Positions 41,445 to 51,262 of a stretch of DNA of 64,000 nt are shown one piece after another. Location of the stretch: contig JAFDDG010000007.1 of the NCBI GenBank assembly GCA_019310965.1, positions 62,240 through 126,239 on the forward strand, written 5' to 3'. Below the pieces are notes generated by a model. The model was not told the origin of the DNA. It did not search any database and saw only the letters and a program-made list of their open reading frames with translations. How positions within the stretch are numbered: the first letter of the stretch is position 1; every line of letters begins with the position of its first letter. Position numbers and translations under genes: made by a program. Source of the stretch: Deltaproteobacteria bacterium. Its GTDB lineage: Bacteria > Myxococcota_A > UBA9160 > SMWR01.

Positions 41445-41572
41445 TCGGGTGCTGCCCCTCGGCTGGTGGGCTGCGAGGCTAACTCACTTTCCGGAGCCTG
41501 CCCCAGGGGTTAGGCGTGTGATATCCTGCGCCGCCCGCACCGGCATCCCGCGCATGCGAGGGCTTCGAAATC

Positions 41573-42739
41573 ATGTCCGAACCCGCGCGCGCTGGAGCAT
41601 CGGCCGCCTGGATCGTCGCCGGCGAAGCCGCCGCCGGCTTTTCAGTGTGGGGGCTCAGCCCGGCGGAGCGCCTGCGCCGCGCGCTCGCAGCGGCCGGCTG
41701 CGACGACGTGCGGGTGCTCGATGCCGCCCAGCCGGCACCGACGGCCTCCGCCCGCCCCGCCGTGCTCCTGCGCGCCGACTGGATCTACGACGACCGGCTC
41801 GTCGCCGCTCTGCTCGCCGCCGAGAACGACGTGCTGCTGGTCGCGGACGACGCCACTCCGGTGGCCGCACGCTGCGCTCCCGCAGCGTTCTCTGAGAGCC
41901 TGGCCGCGCTGCGAAGCGGCTCGACGCCGGCGGGGCTCCCGGCCAGGCGGGCCGCACAGGTCGCAACGGCCTATTCGGCCAAGCTGCGCAAGACCGATCC
42001 GCCGTACCTGCTGCCCGCGCTCTGCGAATCCATTCCCGCCATCGAAGCTCGGACGTTCAGCGCCTCCTACAAGGGCGCAACGGATCTCGTCACCAAGTGG
42101 GTCTGGCCGATCCCGGCGCGTTGGGTGACGCGCCATCTGGCGCAAGCCCAGACCCACCCGAACACGGTGACGCTGGTGAGCTGGCTGCTGGCGATCGCGG
42201 CGTTCTGGGCCTTCGGTACAGGCGCCTACGGCTGGGGCCTCACCGCCGCCTGGGGCATGACGTTTCTCGACACGGTCGACGGCAAGCTCGCGCGGGTAAC
42301 GCTCACCTCGAGCCGACTCGGCGACATGCTCGACCACGGCCTCGACCTGGTGCACCCGCCGTTCTGGTGGTGGGCCTGGGGCGCCGGCATGGGCTGGGGA
42401 TCGCACCCGGCCACCTGGATCGTGATCGGCGGCTATTTCGTCGGGCGCGCGCTGGAGGGCGCCTTCCTGGCGGGTTTCGGCTTCGAGACCCACAGCTGGC
42501 GCCCCATCGACACGCTCTTCCGCACCATCACGGCGCGGCGCAATCCGAACCTGATTTTCTTCATGGTGGCCGCGGCCGGCGGCCGCCCCGATCTCGGGAT
42601 GCTGCTGGTGGCCGCCTGGACGCTGGCCTCGCTCGCCTTCCACAGCCTGCGGCTGGCCCAGGCAGGACTCGCCCGGAGCCGAGGCGACCGCGTGGAGCCC
42701 TGGGACAACGACACGCCCCGGCCCGCCAGAGACGAGTGA
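41573..42739 (+). CDS. CDP-alcohol phosphatidyltransferase with a roughly 170-aa N-terminal extension
   Basis: DTVDGKLARVTLTSSRLGDMLDHGLD matches D-G-x2-A-R-x8-G-x3-D-x3-D. A polytopic C-terminal half follows. The N-terminal region (WIVAGEAAAGFSVWGLSPAERL...) resembles a nucleotidyltransferase fold lacking the GxGxR signature. Confidence 0.85.
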   Translation: MSEPARAGASAAWIVAGEAAAGFSVWGLSPAERLRRALAAAGCDDVRVLDAAQPAPTASARPAVLLRADWIYDDRLVAALLAAENDVLLVADDATPVAARCAPAAFSESLAALRSGSTPAGLPARRAAQVATAYSAKLRKTDPPYLLPALCESIPAIEARTFSASYKGATDLVTKWVWPIPARWVTRHLAQAQTHPNTVTLVSWLLAIAAFWAFGTGAYGWGLTAAWGMTFLDTVDGKLARVTLTSSRLGDMLDHGLDLVHPPFWWWAWGAGMGWGSHPATWIVIGGYFVGRALEGAFLAGFGFETHSWRPIDTLFRTITARRNPNLIFFMVAAAGGRPDLGMLLVAAWTLASLAFHSLRLAQAGLARSRGDRVEPWDNDTPRPARDE

Positions 42740-42961
42740 CCCCATCCCCGCGGGGCAACAAGACGCTTGCCCTCCACGCCTCCCATGCTGTACTTCTCTC
42801 TCGCCAGGCCTCCCGGATGAGGGGCCACAGCCAAGCAAGTGAAGTCGACGCGGCGTCGGACCGAATCCAGTCCAGGTCCTCCGCCAGTCTTCCCGGCCCC
42901 CTGCCGGCCCGCGTCGTTTCCCACTGACAATCCGCCCAGGCGAGGAGTCCACGTGCAGATC

Positions 42962-43909
42962 GGCTTGATCAACAACCTGCGTGCCGGACGCAGCGACCGC
43001 CTCGTCTCCCGCATGCTCGGTGTGCTTCGGGACTTTCCCGAAGTACACCACGTGGAAACCAGCCAGGCGGGAGCGCTGCCCGATGCGGTCTCCGAGCTGG
43101 CGCGCCGCGGTGTGGAGCTGGTCATCGTCAACGGTGGCGACGGCACGCTCCAGCACACGCTCACCGAGATCCTGACCAGCGACGAGTTCACCCAGGCGCC
43201 CTTCGTGGCGCCGCTGCGTGGTGGGCGCACGAACATGGCGGCCAAGGACCTGGGGGCCACCCGCGACCCGGTGTGCGGCATGCGCAACGTGGCCGAGGCT
43301 GCCCGCGCCGGCCGCCTCCACGAGCGCTTCGTGCACCGCCCGGTGCTGCGGGTCTCCTTCGACCGCGGTCGTCGTGTGCAGTACGGCATGTTCTTCGGCG
43401 TCGGGATGATCCACCGCGCAATCGCGCTGACGCACTCCATCTTTCCGCAGGGCCGCACCCAGGGTTCGCTGGGAGCAGGCCTGGTGACCGGGGCACTCAT
43501 TGCAAAGAGCGCGCTGAACCCATACGACGGCATCTTGCAGCCCGACAAGGTCGACCTGAGCCTCGACGGCGCGCTGGTGCCGGGCGGCGAGTTCCGCGTG
43601 GCCATCGCGACGACGTTGCAGCGGCTCTACTGGAACATGAACCCCTTCTGGGACCAGGGCCGTGGCGACGTGCGCACCACCTGCATCGCCGGCAACGCCA
43701 AACACCTGGCGGTGGCGGCGCCGATGCTGATGTGGGGCCGGCTGCCGCGCTTTGCCACCGAAGAGAACGGCTACATCAGCCGCAACGCCGACCGCGTGGC
43801 ATTGCGGCTCTCGTGTGGCGTCACCGTCGACGGCGAGATCTATCCGCCGCGGGCGGACGAGCTCTTCACGCTGACCTCCGACCGGCGCGTGACGTTCGTT
43901 CGCGCCTGA
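42962..43909 (+). CDS. Diacylglycerol-kinase-catalytic-domain lipid kinase (YegS/BmrU-like)
   Basis: The GTG is preceded by GAGGAG. LINNLRAGR and VIVNGGDGTLQH are present. An alternative upstream GTG lies at 42839. Confidence 0.8.
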   Translation, partial: GLINNLRAGRSDRLVSRMLGVLRDFPEVHHVETSQAGALPDAVSELARRGVELVIVNGGDGTLQHTLTEILTSDEFTQAPFVAPLRGGRTNMAAKDLGATRDPVCGMRNVAEAARAGRLHERFVHRPVLRVSFDRGRRVQYGMFFGVGMIHRAIALTHSIFPQGRTQGSLGAGLVTGALIAKSALNPYDGILQPDKVDLSLDGALVPGGEFRVAIATTLQRLYWNMNPFWDQGRGDVRTTCIAGNAKHLAVAAPMLMWGRLPRFATEENGYISRNADRVALRLSCGVTVDGEIYPPRADELFTLTSDRRVTFVRA

Positions 43910-43916
43910 CCGGCCG

Positions 43917-44861
43917 GTGACCGCCGGCTCAGACACGCTCGCCGGCCTCGTGCGGGACGAGCTGACGCGCCCGGCGCCAGAGGCAGCTGCCTGCATCGCC
44001 GGCGCCATCCGCGACGAGCTCGGCCCCACCTGCGCTTCGGTGCTCTTCTACGGCTCGTGTCTGCGCAAGGACACCGCCGAGGGAGTGCTCGACTTCTACG
44101 CCGTCGTCGACGAATACGCAGCAGCCGGGCTCCCGCGCTGGAGCCATGGGTTGCCGCCCAGCGTGCTGTGGATCGAGTGCGACGCGCCGGACGGCAGCCG
44201 GCTGCGCTCGAAGTACGCCGTCGTCACGGCCGACGACTTTGCGCGGGGCGTCGCACCCGGCGGCTACCGCACTGGCTTCTGGGCGCGCTTCTGCCAGCCT
44301 GCATTGTCCGCCTGGCACCGCGACCCGGCCGCACTCGACGACCTGGTGCAGCTGTGCGAGCAAGCCGTGCTCACCGCCGTCGTGACGATCGCGCCGCTGC
44401 TCGACGATCCCGCAGATGCGCAGCAATTCTGGCAGCGCGCGTTCTCCGAAACCTACCGGCGCGAGATGCGCTCCGAGAGCCCGGAGACGATTTCGAGCAT
44501 CTTCGACGCCTCTCCAGAACGTTTCGCCGTGGTACTGCGCGTGGCCCTCGACGAGCTCGAGAGCCGTGGCGCGCTACCCGTGGCATGGGATGGCGCGCGC
44601 TTCGAGCTGACGCTTCCGGCGCACGAGCGTGACGCACGCCGAAAGACCTGGAACCGCCGCCGCCCCCTGGCCAAGGCGCTCTACGTGGCCCAGCTGCTTC
44701 AGACAGCCTTCCTCCAGACCGACTGGCTGCCCTACGCCCTGTGGAAGGTCGAACGCCACACCGGCGTTCCCATCGCCCATTCGGCACGCCAGCGCCGCCA
44801 TCCCTTCATCTTCGGCTGGCCCCTGCTCTTCAAGATCCTCCGCGCCCGCCAGATCCGCTGA
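43917..44861 (+). CDS. Nucleotidyltransferase-fold protein resembling Tam41/Mmp37-type phosphatidate cytidylyltransferase
   Basis: By-eye correspondence to remembered Tam41 landmarks: VLFYGS, LDFYAVVD, SKYAVVTADDF and FWARFCQPA. This needs HMM confirmation. Confidence 0.5.
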   Translation: MTAGSDTLAGLVRDELTRPAPEAAACIAGAIRDELGPTCASVLFYGSCLRKDTAEGVLDFYAVVDEYAAAGLPRWSHGLPPSVLWIECDAPDGSRLRSKYAVVTADDFARGVAPGGYRTGFWARFCQPALSAWHRDPAALDDLVQLCEQAVLTAVVTIAPLLDDPADAQQFWQRAFSETYRREMRSESPETISSIFDASPERFAVVLRVALDELESRGALPVAWDGARFELTLPAHERDARRKTWNRRRPLAKALYVAQLLQTAFLQTDWLPYALWKVERHTGVPIAHSARQRRHPFIFGWPLLFKILRARQIR

Positions 44862-44934
44862 GCCTCTCCGCCCGCACCGGCCTCTGCGCTCGAGCCGCTC
44901 GGCGTGCGTCTCGTCAGCCCGAGCCACGGCAGAG

Positions 44935-45459
44935 TCAGCGCGCCAGAGCGGCCAGCGCGTCGATGTCGAGGGCGATTGCGTCTCCGACCGCCACACCCAG
45001 TGAAGCCAGCCTGCCGCCGGCCACTTCGATGGCGAAGCGCACTGGCACGCCGCTGCGGTAGATCGGCAGACGCCTCTCGTACGCGGCGCTGGATTCGTCG
45101 GAAGCCCGAGGCGGCTCGAGCTCCATCTCCGCCAGCGCCACGATCCGCCCGCCCGCATCGAGGAAGGCCACGTCGAGCGGCGCCGGGCAATCCCGCATCA
45201 CCATGCCGCGCAGCGCCGCATCCGGGTAGACGAAGAGCATTCCGCCGTTGCGACCGATATCGCCCCGACCGGAGAGCCCGCGGTAGCGGGTGTCTGGATC
45301 CGTCGCGAGCTCGAGTGTGAACGTCTCCCCGCCGAGCGCGAGCCAGACACGGCGCGCCCGGCCGGCGTTCGGGGTGCTGGGCGCCGTGGCCTCGTCGGCG
45401 CAGGCCAGCGGGACGCAGGCCAGGCCTGCGAGCAGCAGGGCCGCAATCGGGCGGAGCAT
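44935..45459 (-). CDS. DUF192 domain protein (exported)
   Basis: Signal/lipobox-like N-terminus, then LATDPDTRYRGLSGR...GMLFVYP...MRDCPAPLDVAFLDAGGRIV, typical of DUF192. Confidence 0.75.
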   Translation of the reverse strand: MLRPIAALLLAGLACVPLACADEATAPSTPNAGRARRVWLALGGETFTLELATDPDTRYRGLSGRGDIGRNGGMLFVYPDAALRGMVMRDCPAPLDVAFLDAGGRIVALAEMELEPPRASDESSAAYERRLPIYRSGVPVRFAIEVAGGRLASLGVAVGDAIALDIDALAALAR

Positions 45460-45485
45460 GGCGAGGTGGTAGCATCGCGCCCACG

Positions 45486-46289
45486 ATGCAGCCCTCGGTC
45501 CTGGTCACCGGCGCCTCGTCAGGCATCGGCGCGAGCACGGCGAAACGGCTCGCCGAACACGGCTTCCGCGTCTTCGGCACCAGCCGCCATCCCGCACAGC
45601 ACGTCGCCGCGGCAGCGCACGTCGAGTGGATCGAGATGGACGTGCACGACGACGCCTCGGTCGCGAAGGGGGTCGCGGAAGCTGCAGCCGCGGCCGGGGG
45701 CCTCGACGCACTCGTCTGCAACGCCGGCTACGGCATCTTCGGCAGCATCGAAGAGGTGACTCTCGAGGCCGCGCGCGCGCAATTCGAGACCAATTTCTTC
45801 GGCGTCTTGCGCTGCGTGCGCGCGGCGCTGCCGGACATGCGCCGGGCGGGCCGCGGCCGCATCGTGCTGGTGGGCTCCCTCGCCGGACGCGCACCCATCC
45901 CCTTTCAGGCCCACTACTCCGCAACCAAGGCGGCCATCGAATCCATGGCGCTGGCGCTGCGCAACGAGCTCCACCCGACCGGCGTGAAGGTCGTGCTGGT
46001 GGAGCCCGGCGACATCGACACCGGCTTCAACGACGTGATGGACTGGGGCGACCCCGGGGCCTCGGCCTACGCCGAGCGCGCCCGGGCGGCCGAGCGAGTG
46101 ATCCGCGAGTCGCTGCCCAGGGCCCCGGGCCCGGACGTGGTGGCCCGCGCCATCCACACTGCGCTCTGCGCCCGACGCCCGCGAGTCCGCTACACGATCG
46201 GCGCCGAGACCGCATTGACGCCGATCGGAAAGCGCTGGCTGCCGGACGGCATCTTTCTGCGGCTGATCCGCAAACACTTCGACGTCTGA
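45486..46289 (+). CDS. Short-chain dehydrogenase/reductase
   Basis: TGASSGIG cofactor motif, NAG, and the YSATKAA catalytic motif. Confidence 0.9.
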   Translation: MQPSVLVTGASSGIGASTAKRLAEHGFRVFGTSRHPAQHVAAAAHVEWIEMDVHDDASVAKGVAEAAAAAGGLDALVCNAGYGIFGSIEEVTLEAARAQFETNFFGVLRCVRAALPDMRRAGRGRIVLVGSLAGRAPIPFQAHYSATKAAIESMALALRNELHPTGVKVVLVEPGDIDTGFNDVMDWGDPGASAYAERARAAERVIRESLPRAPGPDVVARAIHTALCARRPRVRYTIGAETALTPIGKRWLPDGIFLRLIRKHFDV

Positions 46290-46553
46290 GTCGGCCACAG
46301 CCCGGATCGCCGCCGTCGTGGCGCCGTACCGCAGGGCCGAGTTCTAGCAGGCGGTGTCGCAGCAATGGCTCGGCGAGCGACGCCAGGGCCGGGTGTGAAG
46401 GCGGTGTCGTGCTCATGCGCCGGCGCCCCTCGCTCCTTCACCCAAGATGCAAGCGCCTGCGTTGGGGCACCTCTGCTTCCGCGCGCCACCGCCTTCACAG
46501 CCGGCACGTTCCTCCGTGAGGCCCGGCCAGGACGCGACGCCCAGCGGTGTGTC

Positions 46554-47090
46554 TCAAGATTCCTCGAGCAGCGCCTCGTAGGAAGTTGCGATCAGGTCAT
46601 CCGGCCGAACGCCGAGCTCCCTCATCAGGTGCTCCAGCTTGCGCTGCTGCGCGGCCTCGGCGCCCGGCGTGCCATCGAAGACGGCTTCGAGCTCGAGAAA
46701 GGTGCCGAGGCCCTCGACCCGGTCGAGATGGATGCGCACGTTGTCGACCAGGAAGATCTCGCGCTGCTTGTCCACCACGCGGTGCACGCCGAGAATCTGC
46801 GAGAGCAGGGCCTTGGTGCCCGCCGGATCGGGCACCGGCAGGATGCGGTAGTCCGAGCGACGGGGCCCCGGCTGATCCGGCCTCAGGTAGGGCACCAGCT
46901 GCCCGCCGGAGAGCGATGATTCCCTCAGCTTCAGCCTTCCCGCGCGCGTCGCGAAGTAGGTGTCGACCTGATGATCCACGCCGACGTGCTCGGTCGCGAT
47001 TCGCTCGGCCCGTTCGCGTGCGGCAGCCAGGTCTGCGCAACGCGCCTTGATCTCGAAGTTGGCTCTCGCCCGCGTCGTTGATGCTGCCAT
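46554..47090 (-). CDS. CYTH-domain protein (class IV adenylate cyclase / triphosphate tunnel metalloenzyme)
   Basis: N-terminal FEIKAR (ExExK-type), with RIHLDRVEGLGTFLELE near the C-terminus. Confidence 0.8.
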   Translation of the reverse strand: MAASTTRARANFEIKARCADLAAARERAERIATEHVGVDHQVDTYFATRAGRLKLRESSLSGGQLVPYLRPDQPGPRRSDYRILPVPDPAGTKALLSQILGVHRVVDKQREIFLVDNVRIHLDRVEGLGTFLELEAVFDGTPGAEAAQQRKLEHLMRELGVRPDDLIATSYEALLEES

Positions 47091-47144
47091 ACTGCGATTC
47101 TACGGCGTCTCCGCACCCGAGACCGCCGGATCACCGAGGCCCCA

Positions 47145-48530
47145 TTGAACCAATCCGTCGAGCGAACCGGCGCCGGCGCCGAGGACGCACGCCTGACGCC
47201 GGCGCGGAAGTCGCTGTACGCGAGCGGCGACTTCACCGTGAACCTGGTGCTCACGTCGCTCAACATGGTCTACGTGCTGTTCTTCCTGACGCAGGTCGCC
47301 GGCCTGCGCCCGGAGCTGGCGGGTCTCGTGCAGCTGATCGGTCGGGCCGTCGATGCCATCACCGACCCCGCCATGGGGCGCTTCTCGGACTCGAGCCGCT
47401 GGCGCTGGGGCAGGCGGCGCCCCTTCTTCCTGATCGGCGCGCTGCCCTTCGGCATCTCCTTCGCCTTGATGTGGACCTCGCCGGGCGGCACGCAGCTGCA
47501 GATGTTTGCCTACTACAGCGTGCTCTACGTCGTGATGAGTCTCTCGATGACGGTGCTCGCCGTGCCCTACCTCGCGCTGCTGCCCGAGATGGCGTGCAGC
47601 TACGACGGCCGCACTTCGTTGAACGCCTACCGCAACGTCGGCTCGATCTTCGGCCTGCTGGCGGCGGCGATGCTGGTGCGCCCCATCGCCAACGCGCTGG
47701 GCGGCGGAGCCGAGGGCTACGCCATGGCCGGCGTGGTGATGGGCTTCCTGGTCTCCGTACCCTGGTTGCTCGCCTATGCCGCCTCCTGGGAGCGCCAGGA
47801 CTTCCAGCAGCGAGAGAAGAAGCTCGGCCTGTGGGATGGCCTCTCCATCGTGATGAGAAACCGCACCTTCAGGCGCCTGACCGGCCTCTACTTGTGCAGC
47901 CGCATCAGCATGGACATCATCGGCGCCCTGCTGATCCTCTACCTGACGTTCGTATTGGGGCGCGGAGAAGATTTCGAGCTCGTCATGGGGCTGTTCATCG
48001 GCGCAACGCTGGTGTCCCTGCCGTTCTGGCTGCGCATCGCGCGGCGTCACGACAAGGGCAGCCTCTTCGCCTTCGGTGCCGTCTGGTGGGCAGTGTCCTT
48101 TCTGCCCTTTCTGCTGATCGATGCCACGTCTCCGCGCTGGATCGCATTCGTGTTGGTGCCCCTCGCTGCGGTGGGATTCGCGGTCGTCGACCTGATGGCG
48201 TGGTCGATGCTCGGCGAAGTCGTTGATGAGGACGACCTGGCCACCGGCGAGCGGCGCGAGGGAATCTACAACGGCGCCTACATGTTCGTGCGCAAGCTCG
48301 GCGGCAGCCTGGCCGTTGCGGCGGTCGCGACCGTCCTCGGCGCCGCGGGTTTCAAGGAAGGGCAGAGCCAGAACGACACGGTGATCTTCGCGATTCGGAC
48401 GCTCACCGCGGTGGGCCCCGCGCTCTTTCTCACGATCGCCTTCGTCCTCGCCCGAAACTACCCGCTGACACGCACGGCCCATGAGGCCATCCGCGTTCTA
48501 CTCGTCGCCCGCGACCAATCCGCTCGATGA
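47145..48530 (+). CDS. MFS transporter, glycoside-pentoside-hexuronide (GPH) family-like
   Basis: DAITDPAMGRFSDSSRWRWGRRRPF loop motif and 12 hydrophobic segments. Confidence 0.85.
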   Translation: MNQSVERTGAGAEDARLTPARKSLYASGDFTVNLVLTSLNMVYVLFFLTQVAGLRPELAGLVQLIGRAVDAITDPAMGRFSDSSRWRWGRRRPFFLIGALPFGISFALMWTSPGGTQLQMFAYYSVLYVVMSLSMTVLAVPYLALLPEMACSYDGRTSLNAYRNVGSIFGLLAAAMLVRPIANALGGGAEGYAMAGVVMGFLVSVPWLLAYAASWERQDFQQREKKLGLWDGLSIVMRNRTFRRLTGLYLCSRISMDIIGALLILYLTFVLGRGEDFELVMGLFIGATLVSLPFWLRIARRHDKGSLFAFGAVWWAVSFLPFLLIDATSPRWIAFVLVPLAAVGFAVVDLMAWSMLGEVVDEDDLATGERREGIYNGAYMFVRKLGGSLAVAAVATVLGAAGFKEGQSQNDTVIFAIRTLTAVGPALFLTIAFVLARNYPLTRTAHEAIRVLLVARDQSAR

Positions 48531-49777
48531 CGCAGGACCCCGCAACGCCCGTTCCCTTTCACGGGTGGCAGATGGTGTCAGTCGCCTTCCTGGTGGACTT
48601 CGTCGCCGTCGGCTTCCTCTTCTACTCGTTCGGCATCTTCTACCCGCACATCGACGCGGATTTCGAGGGCGCCACGGTCTGGGTGGCCGCCGGCATCTCG
48701 GTCTCCAACCTGGTCGGCGGCATCCTGGGCCCCACCGTCGGACGCCTGCTCGACCGCCTGCCTCTCAAGCGCCTGATGCTCATCGGCGCGTGCACCGTGA
48801 GCAGCGGCTTCGTCGCGCTCTCCCAGACCCAGGCAATCTGGCAGTACTACCTGGTGCTGGGCACGTTCTTCGCCATCGGCCTCAGCATGATGGGGGGCAT
48901 GGCGTCGGCGAAGCTCGTCGCCAACTGGTTCGCGCTGAAGCGCGGCCGCGCACTCGGCATAGCCACCATGGGCGTGTCGCTCTCGGGCATCGTCATGCCC
49001 CACGTCGCGACCTGGCTCATCGGGCACTTCGGCTGGCGCGGCGGCTTCCAGATCTATGCCGTGGGCATTCTGCTGATCGTGGTGCCGCTGGTGTGGTTCT
49101 TCGTCATCACGCGTCCGGAGGACGTGGGCGAGCGTCCCGATGGCCACTCGCCGGATGCACCTGCCGCACCGCTCGCCGCTGCGGACGTGTACTGGAGCAC
49201 CCGGGACATGCTCCGCGCGCCGAGCTTCTGGGCCATCGCCCTCAGCTTCGGCCTGGCCATGGCGTGCCTGTCGTCGGTTCTGATCCACTTGCCCGCCTAC
49301 GCCACCGACCTCGGGTTCGACGGCTATCAGCCGGCGTGGCTGCTGTCGGCATCGGCGTTTGCCGGCATGCTCGGCAAGCCCGTCTTCGGCTCGCTGGTCG
49401 ATCGCGGCGACCCGCGCGTGGCAATCTGGACCTCGTTCGGCGTGCAGTTCGCAGGCGTGGTGCTGCTGATGAACGCTGTCAGCTATCCGACGTTGGTCGC
49501 CGGCGGCATCGTCTACGGCTTTGGCATGGGCGGCATCGTGCCACTGCAGGGCGCCGTGGCCGGCCGCATCTTCGGCCGGCTGTCGTTCGGCAAGCTGATG
49601 GGTCTGTTGCGCCCGGTGCAAGTTCCGCTCAACATGATCGGCGTGCCCCTGACCGCGTTCATTCACGATCGGACCGGCAGCTTCGCCTTGGCATTCTGGA
49701 TCTTCCTCGGCGTCTACGCCGCGGGCGCGGCGCTGATCTCGTTCCTGCGCAATCCGGCGCACGACGCCTCAGGCTGA
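48527..49777 (+). CDS. MFS transporter (OFA/MCT-like)
   Basis: 416 aa and polytopic. The ATG overlaps the upstream stop (ATGA). Confidence 0.8.
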   Translation: MTQDPATPVPFHGWQMVSVAFLVDFVAVGFLFYSFGIFYPHIDADFEGATVWVAAGISVSNLVGGILGPTVGRLLDRLPLKRLMLIGACTVSSGFVALSQTQAIWQYYLVLGTFFAIGLSMMGGMASAKLVANWFALKRGRALGIATMGVSLSGIVMPHVATWLIGHFGWRGGFQIYAVGILLIVVPLVWFFVITRPEDVGERPDGHSPDAPAAPLAAADVYWSTRDMLRAPSFWAIALSFGLAMACLSSVLIHLPAYATDLGFDGYQPAWLLSASAFAGMLGKPVFGSLVDRGDPRVAIWTSFGVQFAGVVLLMNAVSYPTLVAGGIVYGFGMGGIVPLQGAVAGRIFGRLSFGKLMGLLRPVQVPLNMIGVPLTAFIHDRTGSFALAFWIFLGVYAAGAALISFLRNPAHDASG

Positions 49778-51193
49778 CGTCAAGCCGGCGCTCGTGAGCG
49801 CTCCCTGCAGCATGCGCGCCACTTGCGGGTGCGCTCGGAAGCTGCAGTGCCCCCCCTGGTACCAGACGATCTCCGGCTCGTGCCAATGACGCCAGAGGTC
49901 GCGCACGTGATCCGGGGGCACGATGCGATCGGCCACCCCGGCGAAGAGATGCCGGTGCGCGTGCGGAACCTGCGGGGCGAGTTCGAGGGGCGAGACCACG
50001 CGCTTGACTTCGCGCATGCGTTCTTCCCCGAGCCCCGCCCCCTCCGCGGTGCGAATGCTGATCGCGGGACCATGGCGATGCACGATGCGCGCGAAGTCCG
50101 CCACGGGGACGCCCGCCACCACACAGGCGAGCTGCTCGTCGAGGCCCGCCAGCAGCGCCGCGTTGTAGCCGCCGAGCGAGAGCCCGTAGACACCCACCCG
50201 GGAGTCGCCCTGCCCGCGCACCCAGGAGAGACAGCGACGCAGGTCCCACATGGCCTGGGCCTCCGCGTGCAGCATATCCATCACGTTCGCACCGAAGAAG
50301 CCCTCGCCGCTGCGGCGGCCCATGCTGCGCTGGCCGTGGAGCGGCAGCACCGGCAGAATCAGATTGAGTCCGAGCTGCTCGTGGAACAGCTCCGGCTGGA
50401 ACACGGCAAAGTCGACCAGCGGCCAGCCCATCACGTAGCCGTGGATGCACATCAACCAGGGACGCTCGGCGCCGGGATGGCGCAGCACCCAGGCGTGGGC
50501 CGTGCGGTTGCGCGCGTAACCGAGCCAACGATCGCGACCCGGCTCTTCGGCATGCGGCTCGTAACCGCTCTCGAAGCTCAGATGCTCGAACTCGCGCGAG
50601 CGCAGGTTGCGACGCTCGATGCGAGGGGCCTCGAGGGCAGGCGGGTTCGCGTGAAACGTCGCCGGCGCAGCCAGCCAGCCGCGCGCGCCGAAGAGATCGA
50701 GGGCGCGCGTCAATTCGCGTCCGAGGTCTTCCGCGGCAGCGCGAGCCGGCATGGCGGTGCGGGAGACCATCTCGGCCACCAGGGCCTCGTCGATCGCCAC
50801 CTGCGCCGCCAACGCAACCGTGAGCTCCGGCGCCGGGACCGCCTCGTGCGGCAGCTCGAGCTTGATCGAATGCCAGCCCGCGGCCACGAAGGAAGCAGCG
50901 GAGACGAGTACCAGCAGCAGTCCCGCCGCAAAACCCACCACGAGAAAGGCGGGGAGCGCGAACAGCACGCCGAGCACGCCGCCACCAGCCGCCCACTGCG
51001 CGCTGCGCCGGTCGCCGGACAGCAGCAGCATGGCCACGCCCGAGCCGAGCAGCAGACAGCCGGGGATCACGGAAAACAAGAAGCCCACGAAGCCGTGTCC
51101 CGGCGCGCTCCACAACCAGGTGAGGCCCGCCAACAACGGCAGCCACGCCTCCCGCGGCCAGCGCTCCGCGGATCCCGCCGCACCCCCATGCAT
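49769..51193 (-). CDS. Membrane-anchored alpha/beta hydrolase
   Basis: The ATG at 51193. Four N-terminal hydrophobic helices are followed by GLSLGG (nucleophile elbow) and a C-terminal GGHCSF. The track ORF is 5'-extended shadow. Confidence 0.7.
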   Translation of the reverse strand: MHGGAAGSAERWPREAWLPLLAGLTWLWSAPGHGFVGFLFSVIPGCLLLGSGVAMLLLSGDRRSAQWAAGGGVLGVLFALPAFLVVGFAAGLLLVLVSAASFVAAGWHSIKLELPHEAVPAPELTVALAAQVAIDEALVAEMVSRTAMPARAAAEDLGRELTRALDLFGARGWLAAPATFHANPPALEAPRIERRNLRSREFEHLSFESGYEPHAEEPGRDRWLGYARNRTAHAWVLRHPGAERPWLMCIHGYVMGWPLVDFAVFQPELFHEQLGLNLILPVLPLHGQRSMGRRSGEGFFGANVMDMLHAEAQAMWDLRRCLSWVRGQGDSRVGVYGLSLGGYNAALLAGLDEQLACVVAGVPVADFARIVHRHGPAISIRTAEGAGLGEERMREVKRVVSPLELAPQVPHAHRHLFAGVADRIVPPDHVRDLWRHWHEPEIVWYQGGHCSFRAHPQVARMLQGALTSAGLTSA

Positions 51194-51262
51194 GCTGCGG
51201 ACGTTACCCCACGAGCTTGTGCACCGGTTCGCGCTCGGCACCGGTGGTAGACTCGGCGAGGG

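Noticed and set aside
41642-44029. 795-aa minus-strand ORF over the lipid module
   Set aside because: It is antisense to three plus-strand genes with clear family motifs. The translation is Arg/Gly/Pro/Ala-rich without recognisable domains.
46290-46553. 264-nt gap between convergent SDR and CYTH genes as a possible sRNA or hidden small gene
   Set aside because: I could see no convincing ORF, hairpin with U-tract, or known RNA motif. It is left unannotated.
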